Below are positions 49,227 through 59,619 of a stretch of DNA of 64,000 nucleotides, piece after piece (within the stretch, counting starts at the first letter, position 1; every line of letters begins with the position of its first letter). The DNA is from Flavobacteriaceae bacterium (GTDB lineage: Bacteria; Bacteroidota; Bacteroidia; Flavobacteriales; Flavobacteriaceae), in contig JAQWFW010000019.1 in assembly GCA_029238515.1 (NCBI GenBank), forward strand, positions 12,717 to 76,716, in the 5' to 3' direction. The translations under genes and the position numbers were made by a program. Under the pieces are notes generated by a model. It made no database searches, was not told where the DNA came from, and saw only the letters and a list, made by a program, of their open reading frames with translations.

Positions 49227-49586
49227 ATGAAAACAACAAAATATACCATCCTATTGATGATGTTATCCTTTTTAGGATTCGCACAAAACAAAAATGCCAA
49301 AGCAACCATTGAAGTCGATGGTGTATGTATGATGTGTAAAAACAGAATTGAAAAGGCATGTCTCAAGACCAAAGGCGTAAAATCGGCTGTTTGGAATGTA
49401 AAAACTCAGAATTTAAGTCTTATTTATGATGAACGCAAAGTGGATTTAGAAGCCATAAAATCAAAAGTAGCTGAGGCAGGGCATGACACCAAAACGGTTA
49501 AAGCAAGAGATGAAGCTTATGAGGGTTTACATCCGTGTTGCAAGTACCGCGATGAAGAAATTCAAGCAGATCACAAGTCAAATTGA
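49227..49586 (+). CDS. Exported heavy-metal-associated (HMA) domain protein
   Basis: 119 aa. Signal peptide (LLMMLSFLGFAQN), HMA ferredoxin-like fold with VDGVCMMCKNRIEKA (CxxC), and a second pair HPCCKYRDEE near the C-terminus. Confidence 0.8.
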   Translation: MKTTKYTILLMMLSFLGFAQNKNAKATIEVDGVCMMCKNRIEKACLKTKGVKSAVWNVKTQNLSLIYDERKVDLEAIKSKVAEAGHDTKTVKARDEAYEGLHPCCKYRDEEIQADHKSN

Positions 49587-49599
49587 TTAATCTAATTAC

Positions 49600-49632
49600 A
49601 AAAAAAGCGCTTCTCTTAGAAGCGCTTTTTTT
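49600..49632. terminator. Bidirectional rho-independent terminator between the HMA gene and groEL
   Basis: A7, then stem gcgcttct (49607-49614) / agaagcgc (49618-49625), loop ctt, then T7. Confidence 0.85.
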
Positions 49633-49651
49633 ATGTATTTAATTATTGAAA

Positions 49652-51295
<1,644 letters not shown>

Positions 51296-51302
51296 TTATG
51301 AA

Positions 51303-51578
51303 TTAAACAATTGCAAGAATATCACTCTCTCGCATGATTATATAATCTTGACCTTCAAGTTTTAGTTCCGTACCAGAATATTTTCCGTACAGGACTGTAT
51401 CGCCAACACTAACGGTCATTTTTTCGTCTTTTGTGCCATCGCCTACCGCAACAACTTTTCCTTTTTGTGGCTTCTCTTTGGCGTTATCAGGAATGATAAT
51501 CCCAGAAGCAGTTTTGGTTTCTGCAGCCACAGGTTCAACAAGAACTCTGTCTGCTAAAGGTTTGATTTTTAAAGCCAT
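51303..51578 (-). CDS. groS: Co-chaperonin GroES
   Basis: 91 aa. [12 protein letters not shown]...TASGIIIPD is the mobile-loop signature. Confidence 0.97.
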   Translation of the reverse strand: MALKIKPLADRVLVEPVAAETKTASGIIIPDNAKEKPQKGKVVAVGDGTKDEKMTVSVGDTVLYGKYSGTELKLEGQDYIIMRESDILAIV

Positions 51579-51659
51579 AATTAATTTTTAAGTTGATTTT
51601 ATGATTCTACAAAATACTAAAATTGTGCCATTACAATGAAACTGACAAACTTTCAGTAG

Positions 51660-51690
51660 AAAAAAAATGTCAACTTTGTGTTGACATTTT
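51660..51690 (-). terminator. Rho-independent terminator after secG
   Basis: On the minus strand: aatgtcaac / gttgacatt (9-bp stem, 5-nt loop), followed by T8. It starts about 20 nt downstream of the secG stop. Confidence 0.8.
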
Positions 51691-51709
51691 GTATGAATTG
51701 ATGTGCGTT

Positions 51710-52060
51710 TTATTCAGATTCTTCACTGGCTTCATCAGTCAGTGGAATGTTCTCAGCAGGTGCTTCAACTGCTGGAGCTGAGTTGCTGTCTGGGTCTAAT
51801 GCTTTAGATTCTAAATTTCCCTCAGAACCGCCAATTGCTAAGTTTGAGAGAAGAATTAGAGCCAACAATAAGGTTGCAAGTGCCCAAGTACTTTTGTCTA
51901 AAAAATCTGTTGTTTTTTTGACACCGCCAAGTTGTTGGGTACCACCACCGCCAAAGGAAGAAGATAGTCCGCCACCTTTTGGATTTTGTACCATAATCAC
52001 TACGACCAATAAAAATGCGACGATGACTATTAATACCAAAAATATTGAAAACGTACTCAT
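51710..52060 (-). CDS. secG: Preprotein translocase subunit SecG
   Basis: 116 aa. Two TM helices flank a Gly-rich loop (NPKGGGLSSSFGGGG). Confidence 0.85.
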   Translation of the reverse strand: MSTFSIFLVLIVIVAFLLVVVIMVQNPKGGGLSSSFGGGGTQQLGGVKKTTDFLDKSTWALATLLLALILLSNLAIGGSEGNLESKALDPDSNSAPAVEAPAENIPLTDEASEESE

Positions 52061-52875
52061 GAGTTTTTATTTTTTTCTTGTAATTGTTTTAATGCTTTAA
52101 TTTGGTCTGCAAATAAACTACTTTTTTCTGGATATTTCAAACTTAAAATGGTGTAGGATTGAATTGCTCTTTCGTAGTTTTTCTGTTCCACATAAATGCG
52201 CGCCAAGGTTTCCGTCATTAGTTGTTCGGGTTCTGAAGTTCGACTTTCAGCAATATTTTCTAAAACACCTTCTTCTTTTACAGGCTTTATTTTTGGATTT
52301 TTAGAGATAAAAGCGTCGATCAAGTCAAAGTTTTTTGTTTGTTTGGCGGACGGTTTTTTTTCATCACTGGATCGATCAATTGGTTTTATCGTTGTCAACT
52401 GTAGCCATTGGGAAAAGGAATGGGTATCTTCTTTGTCAAAATTCAATGGTGCACCTAGATTTAGGATTTCAGAAGCATTTTTTTCAGATTCATTCTCCTT
52501 TTCTAGAATCTCAGTTTCAGGGTTTGTGCTTACTGATGTGCCTTGAGACAGGCTGGAGATGTCTTGGAAATCGCTCACTTCCAGCATTTTAAGTCCTTCG
52601 TGGTTATTTTTTATTTGTTCTGAAACTATATTCTGTAGAAATGTTTCAGAAGTGATAAAATCAAACAAAATACTGCGGTCTGTAGTGTATGCTGCTGTGG
52701 TTTTTAAAGCTTTATTGTATTTGTAACTGTCGTTGTTTTTTAAGGATTTTAAATGCAAAGCACGAACAGATTGAAAGTAAGGAAATTCTTCAATAATTGC
52801 TTCAATCGACGGTATGTGTTTTTTCTTCAATGTTGAAGGTGAATGAAGTAATTTTGTAAAATTTAATGTATTCAT
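52057..52875 (-). CDS. Hypothetical protein with C-terminal TPR-like motif
   Basis: 272 aa. 4-nt overlap with secG and 1-nt gap from lptE. S/E/N-rich centre; C-terminus ARIYVEQKNYERAIQSYTILSLKYPE. Confidence 0.7.
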   Translation of the reverse strand: MNTLNFTKLLHSPSTLKKKHIPSIEAIIEEFPYFQSVRALHLKSLKNNDSYKYNKALKTTAAYTTDRSILFDFITSETFLQNIVSEQIKNNHEGLKMLEVSDFQDISSLSQGTSVSTNPETEILEKENESEKNASEILNLGAPLNFDKEDTHSFSQWLQLTTIKPIDRSSDEKKPSAKQTKNFDLIDAFISKNPKIKPVKEEGVLENIAESRTSEPEQLMTETLARIYVEQKNYERAIQSYTILSLKYPEKSSLFADQIKALKQLQEKNKNS

Positions 52876-52876
52876 A

Positions 52877-53389
52877 CTACCAATTTGCTAGCGAAGCATT
52901 TATAATATCTTGCGTAAGACGATCGTATATTTCTGTGATGGCGGTTGTTTTTTGGGCGCCAATAAGTTGAGCACTTCCAGAGTAGTCATAAAAAAATGAA
53001 AATCGTTTTTCAAAATCAGCTTCTTCGTTATTTGTATTAATAAAACGAACGTTTATAGAAATTGTCAATCTGTTTTGAGCAGCTGTATTGCTCGCAGTTG
53101 CCGTGGTTGGCGATATGCGGTATTCTACAATTTCTCCTTCATAAATGATGTCGCCATTAGATTTTACAAGATCCAAATTGGTTTGATTCAATATGATATC
53201 TTGAAGTGCTAAAGTAAAATCACGTTCGATTCCAGGTTCAATCAAAGCAGCATTATTTTGAAAATAATTGACTTGAAAAGTTTTGGTGTCACTATCAATA
53301 GAAATTCCAGTAAATGAGTAAGCCCCACACCCAACGCATGTAGCGAAAACTCCAAAAAATAATCCAATGCGAAGCGCTTTATAAATCAT
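52877..53389 (-). CDS. lptE: LptE-family lipoprotein
   Basis: The track start is 53461. I prefer MIYKALRIGLFFGVFATCVGCGAYSFTG at 53389, which gives a signal peptide, lipobox and the CG.YSF.G opening I associate with LptE-like proteins. Confidence 0.65.
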   Translation of the reverse strand: MIYKALRIGLFFGVFATCVGCGAYSFTGISIDSDTKTFQVNYFQNNAALIEPGIERDFTLALQDIILNQTNLDLVKSNGDIIYEGEIVEYRISPTTATASNTAAQNRLTISINVRFINTNNEEADFEKRFSFFYDYSGSAQLIGAQKTTAITEIYDRLTQDIINASLANW

Positions 53390-54641
53390 ATTGTTTAATT
53401 TTTCTGTACAGTGTGCGTTCCGAAATTCCAAGCTCGTCTGCAGCAAGTTTTCGTTTGCCATTGTGCCGTTCCAGAGATTTTTTTATCAATTCTATTTCTT
53501 TGTCATGTAAAGATAAGGTTTCTTCCTCTTCTTGGACATCTTCAATAAAATCAAATTTTTCTTTTGTGTCAATAATTTCAATTGAAGATTCATTAGTGTT
53601 GTGTTCCGAAAGCGCCAAAACTTGTTCTTCTTGAATAGAACTACTTGCAGATTGATCATTATATATTTTTTGGATCAAATGTTCATTTTTTTCTTGGACA
53701 TCTTTATAATTGTCATTTTGCATCAATTCCATTGTAAGTTTTTTGAGGTCATTCAAATCACTTTTCATATCAAATAGGACTTTATACAAAATTTCGCGCT
53801 CTGTGCTAAAATCGCCTTCTGTTTTTTCTTTTTTGATCACTGCTGGAAGCTGATTTCCAAAATTAGGAAGGTAAGTTTTAAGTGTGTTTGCATCAATCAT
53901 CCTTGAGGATTCCAGAACAGAAATTTGTTCGGCAACATTTCGCAATTGCCTGATATTTCCCGACCAGCGATAGTTTTGAAGCAGTTGAACTGCGTTGTCG
54001 TCCAAACGGATGGTTGGCATTTTGTATTTCAAAGCAAAATCACTAGAAAATTTTCTGAATAGCAAGTGGATGTCTTCTTTTCTTTTTCGCAATGCGGGAA
54101 TAGGGATTTCGATGGTGCTTAAACGGTAATACAAATCCTCGCGAAACTTTTCTTTTTCTATGGCTTCAAACATATTGACATTTGTTGCCGCCACAATACG
54201 TACATCCGTTTTTTGAACCTTGCTCGAACCAACTTTAATGAATTCTCCATTTTCGAGGACACGTAACAAGCGCACTTGTGTTGTAAGAGGAAGTTCGCCA
54301 ACTTCGTCCAAGAATATGGTTCCGCCATCGGCGACTTCAAAATATCCCGAGCGTGTTTGTGTAGCCCCTGTAAATGCTCCTTTTTCGTGCCCAAAAAGCT
54401 CACTATCAATGGTACCTTCTGGGATTGCACCACAGTTTACAGCAATATATTTGCCGTGTTTTCGGTGTGATAGTTGGTGTATTATTTTTGGAATAACTTC
54501 TTTTCCTACGCCACTTTCACCTGTAACCAAAACAGAAATATCTGTTGGAGCAACTTGAATTGCTTTTTCAATGGCACGATTTAGGCCTTTATTGTTTCCG
54601 ATAATGCCAAAACGTTGTTTTATAGATTGAACACTTTCCAT
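53379..54641 (-). CDS. Sigma-54-dependent transcriptional activator lacking an N-terminal sensory domain
   Basis: 420 aa. The AAA+ domain starts at about residue 12 (Walker A GESGVGKE, GAFTGA loop in EKGAFTGA, Walker B IFLDEV). A ~120-aa acidic, S/E-rich linker follows, then a Fis-type HTH (LAADELGISERTLYRKIKQY). Confidence 0.85.
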   Translation of the reverse strand: MESVQSIKQRFGIIGNNKGLNRAIEKAIQVAPTDISVLVTGESGVGKEVIPKIIHQLSHRKHGKYIAVNCGAIPEGTIDSELFGHEKGAFTGATQTRSGYFEVADGGTIFLDEVGELPLTTQVRLLRVLENGEFIKVGSSKVQKTDVRIVAATNVNMFEAIEKEKFREDLYYRLSTIEIPIPALRKRKEDIHLLFRKFSSDFALKYKMPTIRLDDNAVQLLQNYRWSGNIRQLRNVAEQISVLESSRMIDANTLKTYLPNFGNQLPAVIKKEKTEGDFSTEREILYKVLFDMKSDLNDLKKLTMELMQNDNYKDVQEKNEHLIQKIYNDQSASSSIQEEQVLALSEHNTNESSIEIIDTKEKFDFIEDVQEEEETLSLHDKEIELIKKSLERHNGKRKLAADELGISERTLYRKIKQYDL

Positions 54642-54644
54642 AAT

Positions 54645-56126
54645 TTACATAGTTTTCGAATATCCAATAGCTTTTCCTTTTAGTGTTGCACTTGTGCAAT
54701 CTTCAATTTTCACCATTACAAAGTCACCAATCTTGTATTGTTCTTTAGGAAATACAACAGTGGTGTTTTGTGGATTTCTTCCAGACCACTCTGCGTCCGA
54801 TTTCTTTGATGTTTTTTCGATGAGTACTTCGGTCACTTGATTTAAAAATGCTTGGCTTCGTATCAAGCTGTGTTGTTGTTGCAGTTCAACCACTTCACTC
54901 AAGCGTCGTTTTTTTACAGTTTCTGGTACATCGTCTTCCAATTTGCGCTCTGCCAAAGTACCAGGACGCTCCGAGTAGGCAAACATATAACCAAAACTGT
55001 ACTTCACATACTCCATCAAGCTCAGAGTATCTTTATGGTCTTGTTCAGTTTCTGTAGGAAAACCACAAATGATGTCGTGCGAGATAGCACAATCTGGTAA
55101 AAATGTCTTGACATTATTGATTAACTCAAAATATTCTGCTCGTGAATGTTGGCGGTTCATGGCTTTGAGAATGCGATCACTTCCACTTTGTACTGGTAGG
55201 TGAATATAGTTGCAAATGTTGTCGTATTTTGCCATCGTTTTGATGACCTCAAGAGACATGTCTTGTGGATTTGAAGTTGAAAAACGAAAACGCATTTTTG
55301 GTTGAGCTTTAGCGCAAAGTTCGAGTAAAGCCGCAAAATCTACTGCTGTAGCTTTTTGTAAATCAGATGCTTTTGCAAAATCTTTTTTCATTCCGCCTCC
55401 ATACCACAGAAAACTGTCTACATTTTGACCAAGCAAAGTAACTTCTTTAAATCCTCTTTGTGCTAAGTCATTGATTTCTTCCAAAATACTTTGTGGATCT
55501 CTACTGCGTTCTCGCCCTCTTGTAAAGGGAACTACGCAAAACGTACACATGTTGTCGCATCCCCTGGTAATAGAAACAAAAGCCGATACCCCGTTGGAAT
55601 TCAAGCGAACAGGTGCAATATCACCATAAGTTTCGTCTTTGGAAAGAATGACATTAACAGCATTTCTACCTTCCTCAACCTCTGCGATGAGGTTTGGTAA
55701 ATCTTTGTAAGCATCAGGCCCAACAACAAGATCGACTATTTTTTCTTCTTCCAGGAACTTATTTTTTAAGCGTTCGGCCATGCATCCAAGCACACCAACT
55801 TTCATTTTTGGATTTTGTCGTTTTACTGCATTGTATTTTTCGAGGCGCTTGCGCACTGTTTGCTCAGCTTTGTCACGAATAGAGCAAGTATTGACCAATA
55901 CCAAGTCGGCATCCTCAAGTTGAGACGTTGTATTGAATCCTTCTTTTTCAAGAATAGAAGCTACAATTTCACTGTCACTAAAATTCATTTGACACCCATA
56001 GCTTTCTATAAAAAGTTTTTTGGTGTTGTCTGGTTTTGAAGCCAAATTTAGCGAAGAACCTTGTTTGTTTTCGTCAATTACTTTCTCCATAATTAATTTT
56101 GTGTTCTCGGAACAATTAGTGTGCAA
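54645..56126 (-). CDS. miaB: tRNA-i6A37 methylthiotransferase
   Basis: 493 aa. UPF0004 domain (YGCQMN), radical-SAM motif [15 protein letters not shown] domain. The true start may be the internal MEKVIDE, 12 codons downstream. Confidence 0.9.
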   Translation of the reverse strand: MHTNCSENTKLIMEKVIDENKQGSSLNLASKPDNTKKLFIESYGCQMNFSDSEIVASILEKEGFNTTSQLEDADLVLVNTCSIRDKAEQTVRKRLEKYNAVKRQNPKMKVGVLGCMAERLKNKFLEEEKIVDLVVGPDAYKDLPNLIAEVEEGRNAVNVILSKDETYGDIAPVRLNSNGVSAFVSITRGCDNMCTFCVVPFTRGRERSRDPQSILEEINDLAQRGFKEVTLLGQNVDSFLWYGGGMKKDFAKASDLQKATAVDFAALLELCAKAQPKMRFRFSTSNPQDMSLEVIKTMAKYDNICNYIHLPVQSGSDRILKAMNRQHSRAEYFELINNVKTFLPDCAISHDIICGFPTETEQDHKDTLSLMEYVKYSFGYMFAYSERPGTLAERKLEDDVPETVKKRRLSEVVELQQQHSLIRSQAFLNQVTEVLIEKTSKKSDAEWSGRNPQNTTVVFPKEQYKIGDFVMVKIEDCTSATLKGKAIGYSKTM

Positions 56127-56223
56127 AGATACATTATTTTTCTTTTTTTATGACAAAGTGTCATGTTTTCTCTATTTCCTTTGATATCATTTAAATTTAG
56201 ACTTAATTTGAAATTATAAATTT

Positions 56224-56994
56224 TTGAATCTTATGCCATCATTCACAGTACTAACCAAAAAAATTACTGAAGCTCCAAGAATCGATTTTGGAGATTTGTT
56301 TAACGAATCTGTTGCAGTATTCAAAAAAGTTTGGTTTCAGGGTTTTTTATTACAATTGATTACCATTGGGTTAAGTATTCCTATCATCATTTTTAATGTT
56401 TATACATCTCTAAATTTAGATCTTGATCCAAGTTCGCAAGAATTTGTAAAAGGGATATTGAACAATGAAATATCAATGGATCAATTTGGGTTGCTTATGG
56501 TTGTGTATTATGTACTGGTATTCATCATGGGAGTCGTTTCTACGCTTTTAAGTTTTGGATTTTTTAGGGTAATTAGACAAATGGATGAAGGACAGCCTTT
56601 CGAGATTTCAAACTTTTTTTACTTTTTCAACGTAACAAGAATAAAAAAATCATTGCTTTTAATTTTGGCCAATATTGCCGTTGTGATTTTGGCTTTACTT
56701 ATGTGTGTTTTGCCTATTTTTTACGTTATGATTCCACTCCTGTTTGTAGCGCCAATTTATGCTTACAATGAAAACCTTTCTGTTGCTGAAGTATTTAAAA
56801 GTTCATTTCAATTGGGACACAAAAAATGGGGGATAACTTTTGCCATAACAATACTAAATGTGGTAACATTATATATACTTATTTTGTTCACTTGCGGCCT
56901 TGGCTCATTGTTTTTTGGGTGCTTTTTGCAAATGCCAGTTTATGTTTTGTACAAAAAAATCATTTCGTTTGAAAGCACTTTAATTCAGCACTAA
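56224..56994 (+). CDS. Polytopic membrane protein of unknown function
   Basis: 256 aa with a TTG start in the track. 5-6 hydrophobic helices. No motif I can name with confidence. Confidence 0.6.
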   Translation: MNLMPSFTVLTKKITEAPRIDFGDLFNESVAVFKKVWFQGFLLQLITIGLSIPIIIFNVYTSLNLDLDPSSQEFVKGILNNEISMDQFGLLMVVYYVLVFIMGVVSTLLSFGFFRVIRQMDEGQPFEISNFFYFFNVTRIKKSLLLILANIAVVILALLMCVLPIFYVMIPLLFVAPIYAYNENLSVAEVFKSSFQLGHKKWGITFAITILNVVTLYILILFTCGLGSLFFGCFLQMPVYVLYKKIISFESTLIQH

Positions 56995-57135
56995 CTTTCT
57001 CTTTTTCAGTCAGTTATAGCAATAAATTAAAAACATTAAATCCTTTTTTTTTAGCTACAAAAATTAATTTTGGGAAAAAATTAAAAAACAAAATTGAAAA
57101 ATTCGACTACATTTGTTGCCACAATAAAATAAATT

Positions 57136-59616
57136 ATGGCCAAAAATCTTGTGATTGTCGAGTCGCCTGCAAAGGCAAAAACGATAGAAAAATTTCTTGG
57201 AAAAGAATTCAAAGTAGAATCTAGCTTTGGGCATATTGCCGATTTACCTTCCAAAGAATTAGGTGTAGATGTCGATGGTGATTTCAAACCAAAATATGAA
57301 GTTTCCAAAGACAAAAAGCCGGTCGTCAAGAAATTAAGAGATTTAGCCAAAAAAGCAGAAATTGTTTGGCTAGCAAGTGATGAAGATCGTGAAGGAGAGG
57401 CTATTGCTTGGCATTTGGCAGAAACCCTAAAGCTGGACAAAGCTAAAACAAAACGAATTGTTTTTCATGAAATCACAAAAACTGCAATTGAAAAAGCGGT
57501 ACAAAACCCTCGTAATATCGACTATGATTTGGTTGATGCACAACAAGCGAGACGCGTTTTAGACCGAATTGTGGGCTACGAACTTTCGCCTGTTTTGTGG
57601 CGAAAAGTCAAAGGAGGACTTTCTGCGGGTAGGGTACAATCTGTTTCTGTACGGTTAATTGTGGAGCGTGAACGTGAAATACAAGAATTTCAACCTAAGG
57701 CCAGTTTCAAGGTAGATGCCGAATTTACTACAGCCAAAGGAATGCCTTTTAAAGCGAGACTTTCAAAACCATTCGAATCCGAACAAGAAGCAAAAATATT
57801 TTTAGAATCAAATAAAGATGCTGTGTTTTCTGTAGCTACGCTAGACAAAAAACCAGCAAAAAAATCACCAGCACCACCATTTACAACATCAACACTTCAG
57901 CAAGAAGCAGCCAGGAAACTCTATTTTTCTGTGAGTAAAACAATGAATATGGCACAACGCTTATACGAAGCGGGTTTGATAACATACATGAGAACAGATA
58001 GTGTAAATTTATCTCAAGAAGCGCGTAATGCCGCTGCGAAAGAAATTATATCTGCCTTTGGAGAAAATTACAGCAAAACACGTAATTTTAAAGGGAAATC
58101 TAAAGGGGCTCAGGAGGCCCACGAAGCCATTAGGCCCACAAATTTTTCGACGCATTCTGTGCAATTAGAACGCGATCAGGCACGCTTGTACGAACTTATT
58201 TGGAAACGCGCTATTGCTTCTCAAATGAGTGAAGCACAACTTGAGCGTACCAATGTTAAAATTGCAACTTCAATCCACGATAAACAATTTACAGCAAATG
58301 GCGAGGTCATCAAATTTGATGGATTTCTAAAAGTTTATCTTGAAGGTACAGACGATGAAAATTCCGAACAAGAAGGAATGTTGCCTGCTATGGAATTGAA
58401 TGAACTTTTGACAAACAATTATATAGTTGCAACCGAACGTTTTTCGCGACCGCCATATCGCTTTACAGAAGCTTCGTTGGTGAAAAAATTGGAAGAGCTT
58501 GGCATTGGCCGACCCTCCACATATGCGCCAACAATTTCTACAATCCAAAACAGAAACTATGTAGAGAAAGGAACAATCGAGGGTAAGCAACGGCAGTACC
58601 GCTTATTGACCTTTAAAAGCAATGCCCTAGAAGAAAAAACATTGTCAGAAAATTACGGTTCAGATAAAGGCAAGTTGGTGCCTACAGACATTGGAATGAT
58701 CGTTACTGATTTCTTGGTCAATCATTTTGAAGCCATTTTGGATTATAATTTTACGGCAAAAGTTGAGGCAGATTTTGATGCCATTGCTTCTGGCAAAGCC
58801 GATTGGACCAAGATGATGAAATCTTTTTATGGGACTTTTCACCCACAAGTTGAAGATGTGCGCGAAAATGCCAACCGTGAATCTGGCGAACGCGTTTTAG
58901 GTGCAGATCCAGCAACAGGCCGACAGCTGAGTGTACGTCTTGGAAAATTTGGGCCTATGGCGCAAATAGGTAAAGCTGATGATGAAGAAAAACAAATATT
59001 TGCTAGTGTTCCTCCAAACATGCAGTTGAGTTCAATTACTTTCGAACAAGCGTTGGACTTATTTAAATTACCTAAAGATTTAGGAGTTTATGAAGGCGAA
59101 GATGTTCTGGTTAATAATGGCCGATTTGGTCCATATGTAAAATATGGCAAAAAATTTATTTCATTACCAAAAGGTGTAGATCCTTTAAGTGTAGAAATGG
59201 ATGAAGCTATAGAATTTATTAAAGAAAAAGTAAAAGCAGATGCGCCTATTTATGAATACGATGGGCTTCCAGTTCAGAAGGGGAAAGGGCGTTTTGGGCC
59301 TTTTATCAAGTGGAACAATATGTTCATCAACGTTAACAAAAAATACGATTGGGACAATCTTTCTTCTGATGATATAGAAACACTTATAAAGGATAAGATT
59401 CAAAAAGAAATCGATAAAATTGTTCACGACTGGGAAGATGAAGGTATTCGTGTAGAAAAAGCACGCTGGGGACGACACAACATTATTAAAGGAAAAACTA
59501 AAATTGAACTGCCAAAAACAGTAGATGCAGCAAAATTAACCCTAGAGGATGTCAAAGCAATTTTAGATAAAAACACTTCCAAAAAACCGACAAAAAGCCG
59601 TAAAAAAAAGAAATAA
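57136..59616 (+). CDS. topA: DNA topoisomerase I
   Basis: 826 aa. TOPRIM (LVIVESPAKAKTI, SDEDREGE) and active-site region GLITYMRTDS. Cys-free C-terminal repeats (GRFGPYVKYG, GRFGPFIKWN) and a Lys-rich tail. Confidence 0.95.
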   Translation: MAKNLVIVESPAKAKTIEKFLGKEFKVESSFGHIADLPSKELGVDVDGDFKPKYEVSKDKKPVVKKLRDLAKKAEIVWLASDEDREGEAIAWHLAETLKLDKAKTKRIVFHEITKTAIEKAVQNPRNIDYDLVDAQQARRVLDRIVGYELSPVLWRKVKGGLSAGRVQSVSVRLIVEREREIQEFQPKASFKVDAEFTTAKGMPFKARLSKPFESEQEAKIFLESNKDAVFSVATLDKKPAKKSPAPPFTTSTLQQEAARKLYFSVSKTMNMAQRLYEAGLITYMRTDSVNLSQEARNAAAKEIISAFGENYSKTRNFKGKSKGAQEAHEAIRPTNFSTHSVQLERDQARLYELIWKRAIASQMSEAQLERTNVKIATSIHDKQFTANGEVIKFDGFLKVYLEGTDDENSEQEGMLPAMELNELLTNNYIVATERFSRPPYRFTEASLVKKLEELGIGRPSTYAPTISTIQNRNYVEKGTIEGKQRQYRLLTFKSNALEEKTLSENYGSDKGKLVPTDIGMIVTDFLVNHFEAILDYNFTAKVEADFDAIASGKADWTKMMKSFYGTFHPQVEDVRENANRESGERVLGADPATGRQLSVRLGKFGPMAQIGKADDEEKQIFASVPPNMQLSSITFEQALDLFKLPKDLGVYEGEDVLVNNGRFGPYVKYGKKFISLPKGVDPLSVEMDEAIEFIKEKVKADAPIYEYDGLPVQKGKGRFGPFIKWNNMFINVNKKYDWDNLSSDDIETLIKDKIQKEIDKIVHDWEDEGIRVEKARWGRHNIIKGKTKIELPKTVDAAKLTLEDVKAILDKNTSKKPTKSRKKKK

Positions 59617-59619
59617 ATA

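Noticed and set aside
51612-51630. TGGCAC (minus strand) about 50 nt upstream of groES, considered as a sigma-54 -24 element
   Set aside because: The -12 position does not match: after the N5 spacer the sequence reads TAGT rather than TTGC, and GG-N10 is followed by GT rather than GC.
51579-51660. CIRCE/HrcA operator upstream of groES
   Set aside because: No TTAGCACTC-N9-GAGTGCTAA-like inverted repeat is present.
57081-57440. 119-aa minus-strand ORF overlapping the topA 5' end
   Set aside because: It overlaps the TOPRIM domain of topA on the opposite strand, and its S/F/L-rich product has no recognisable fold signature.
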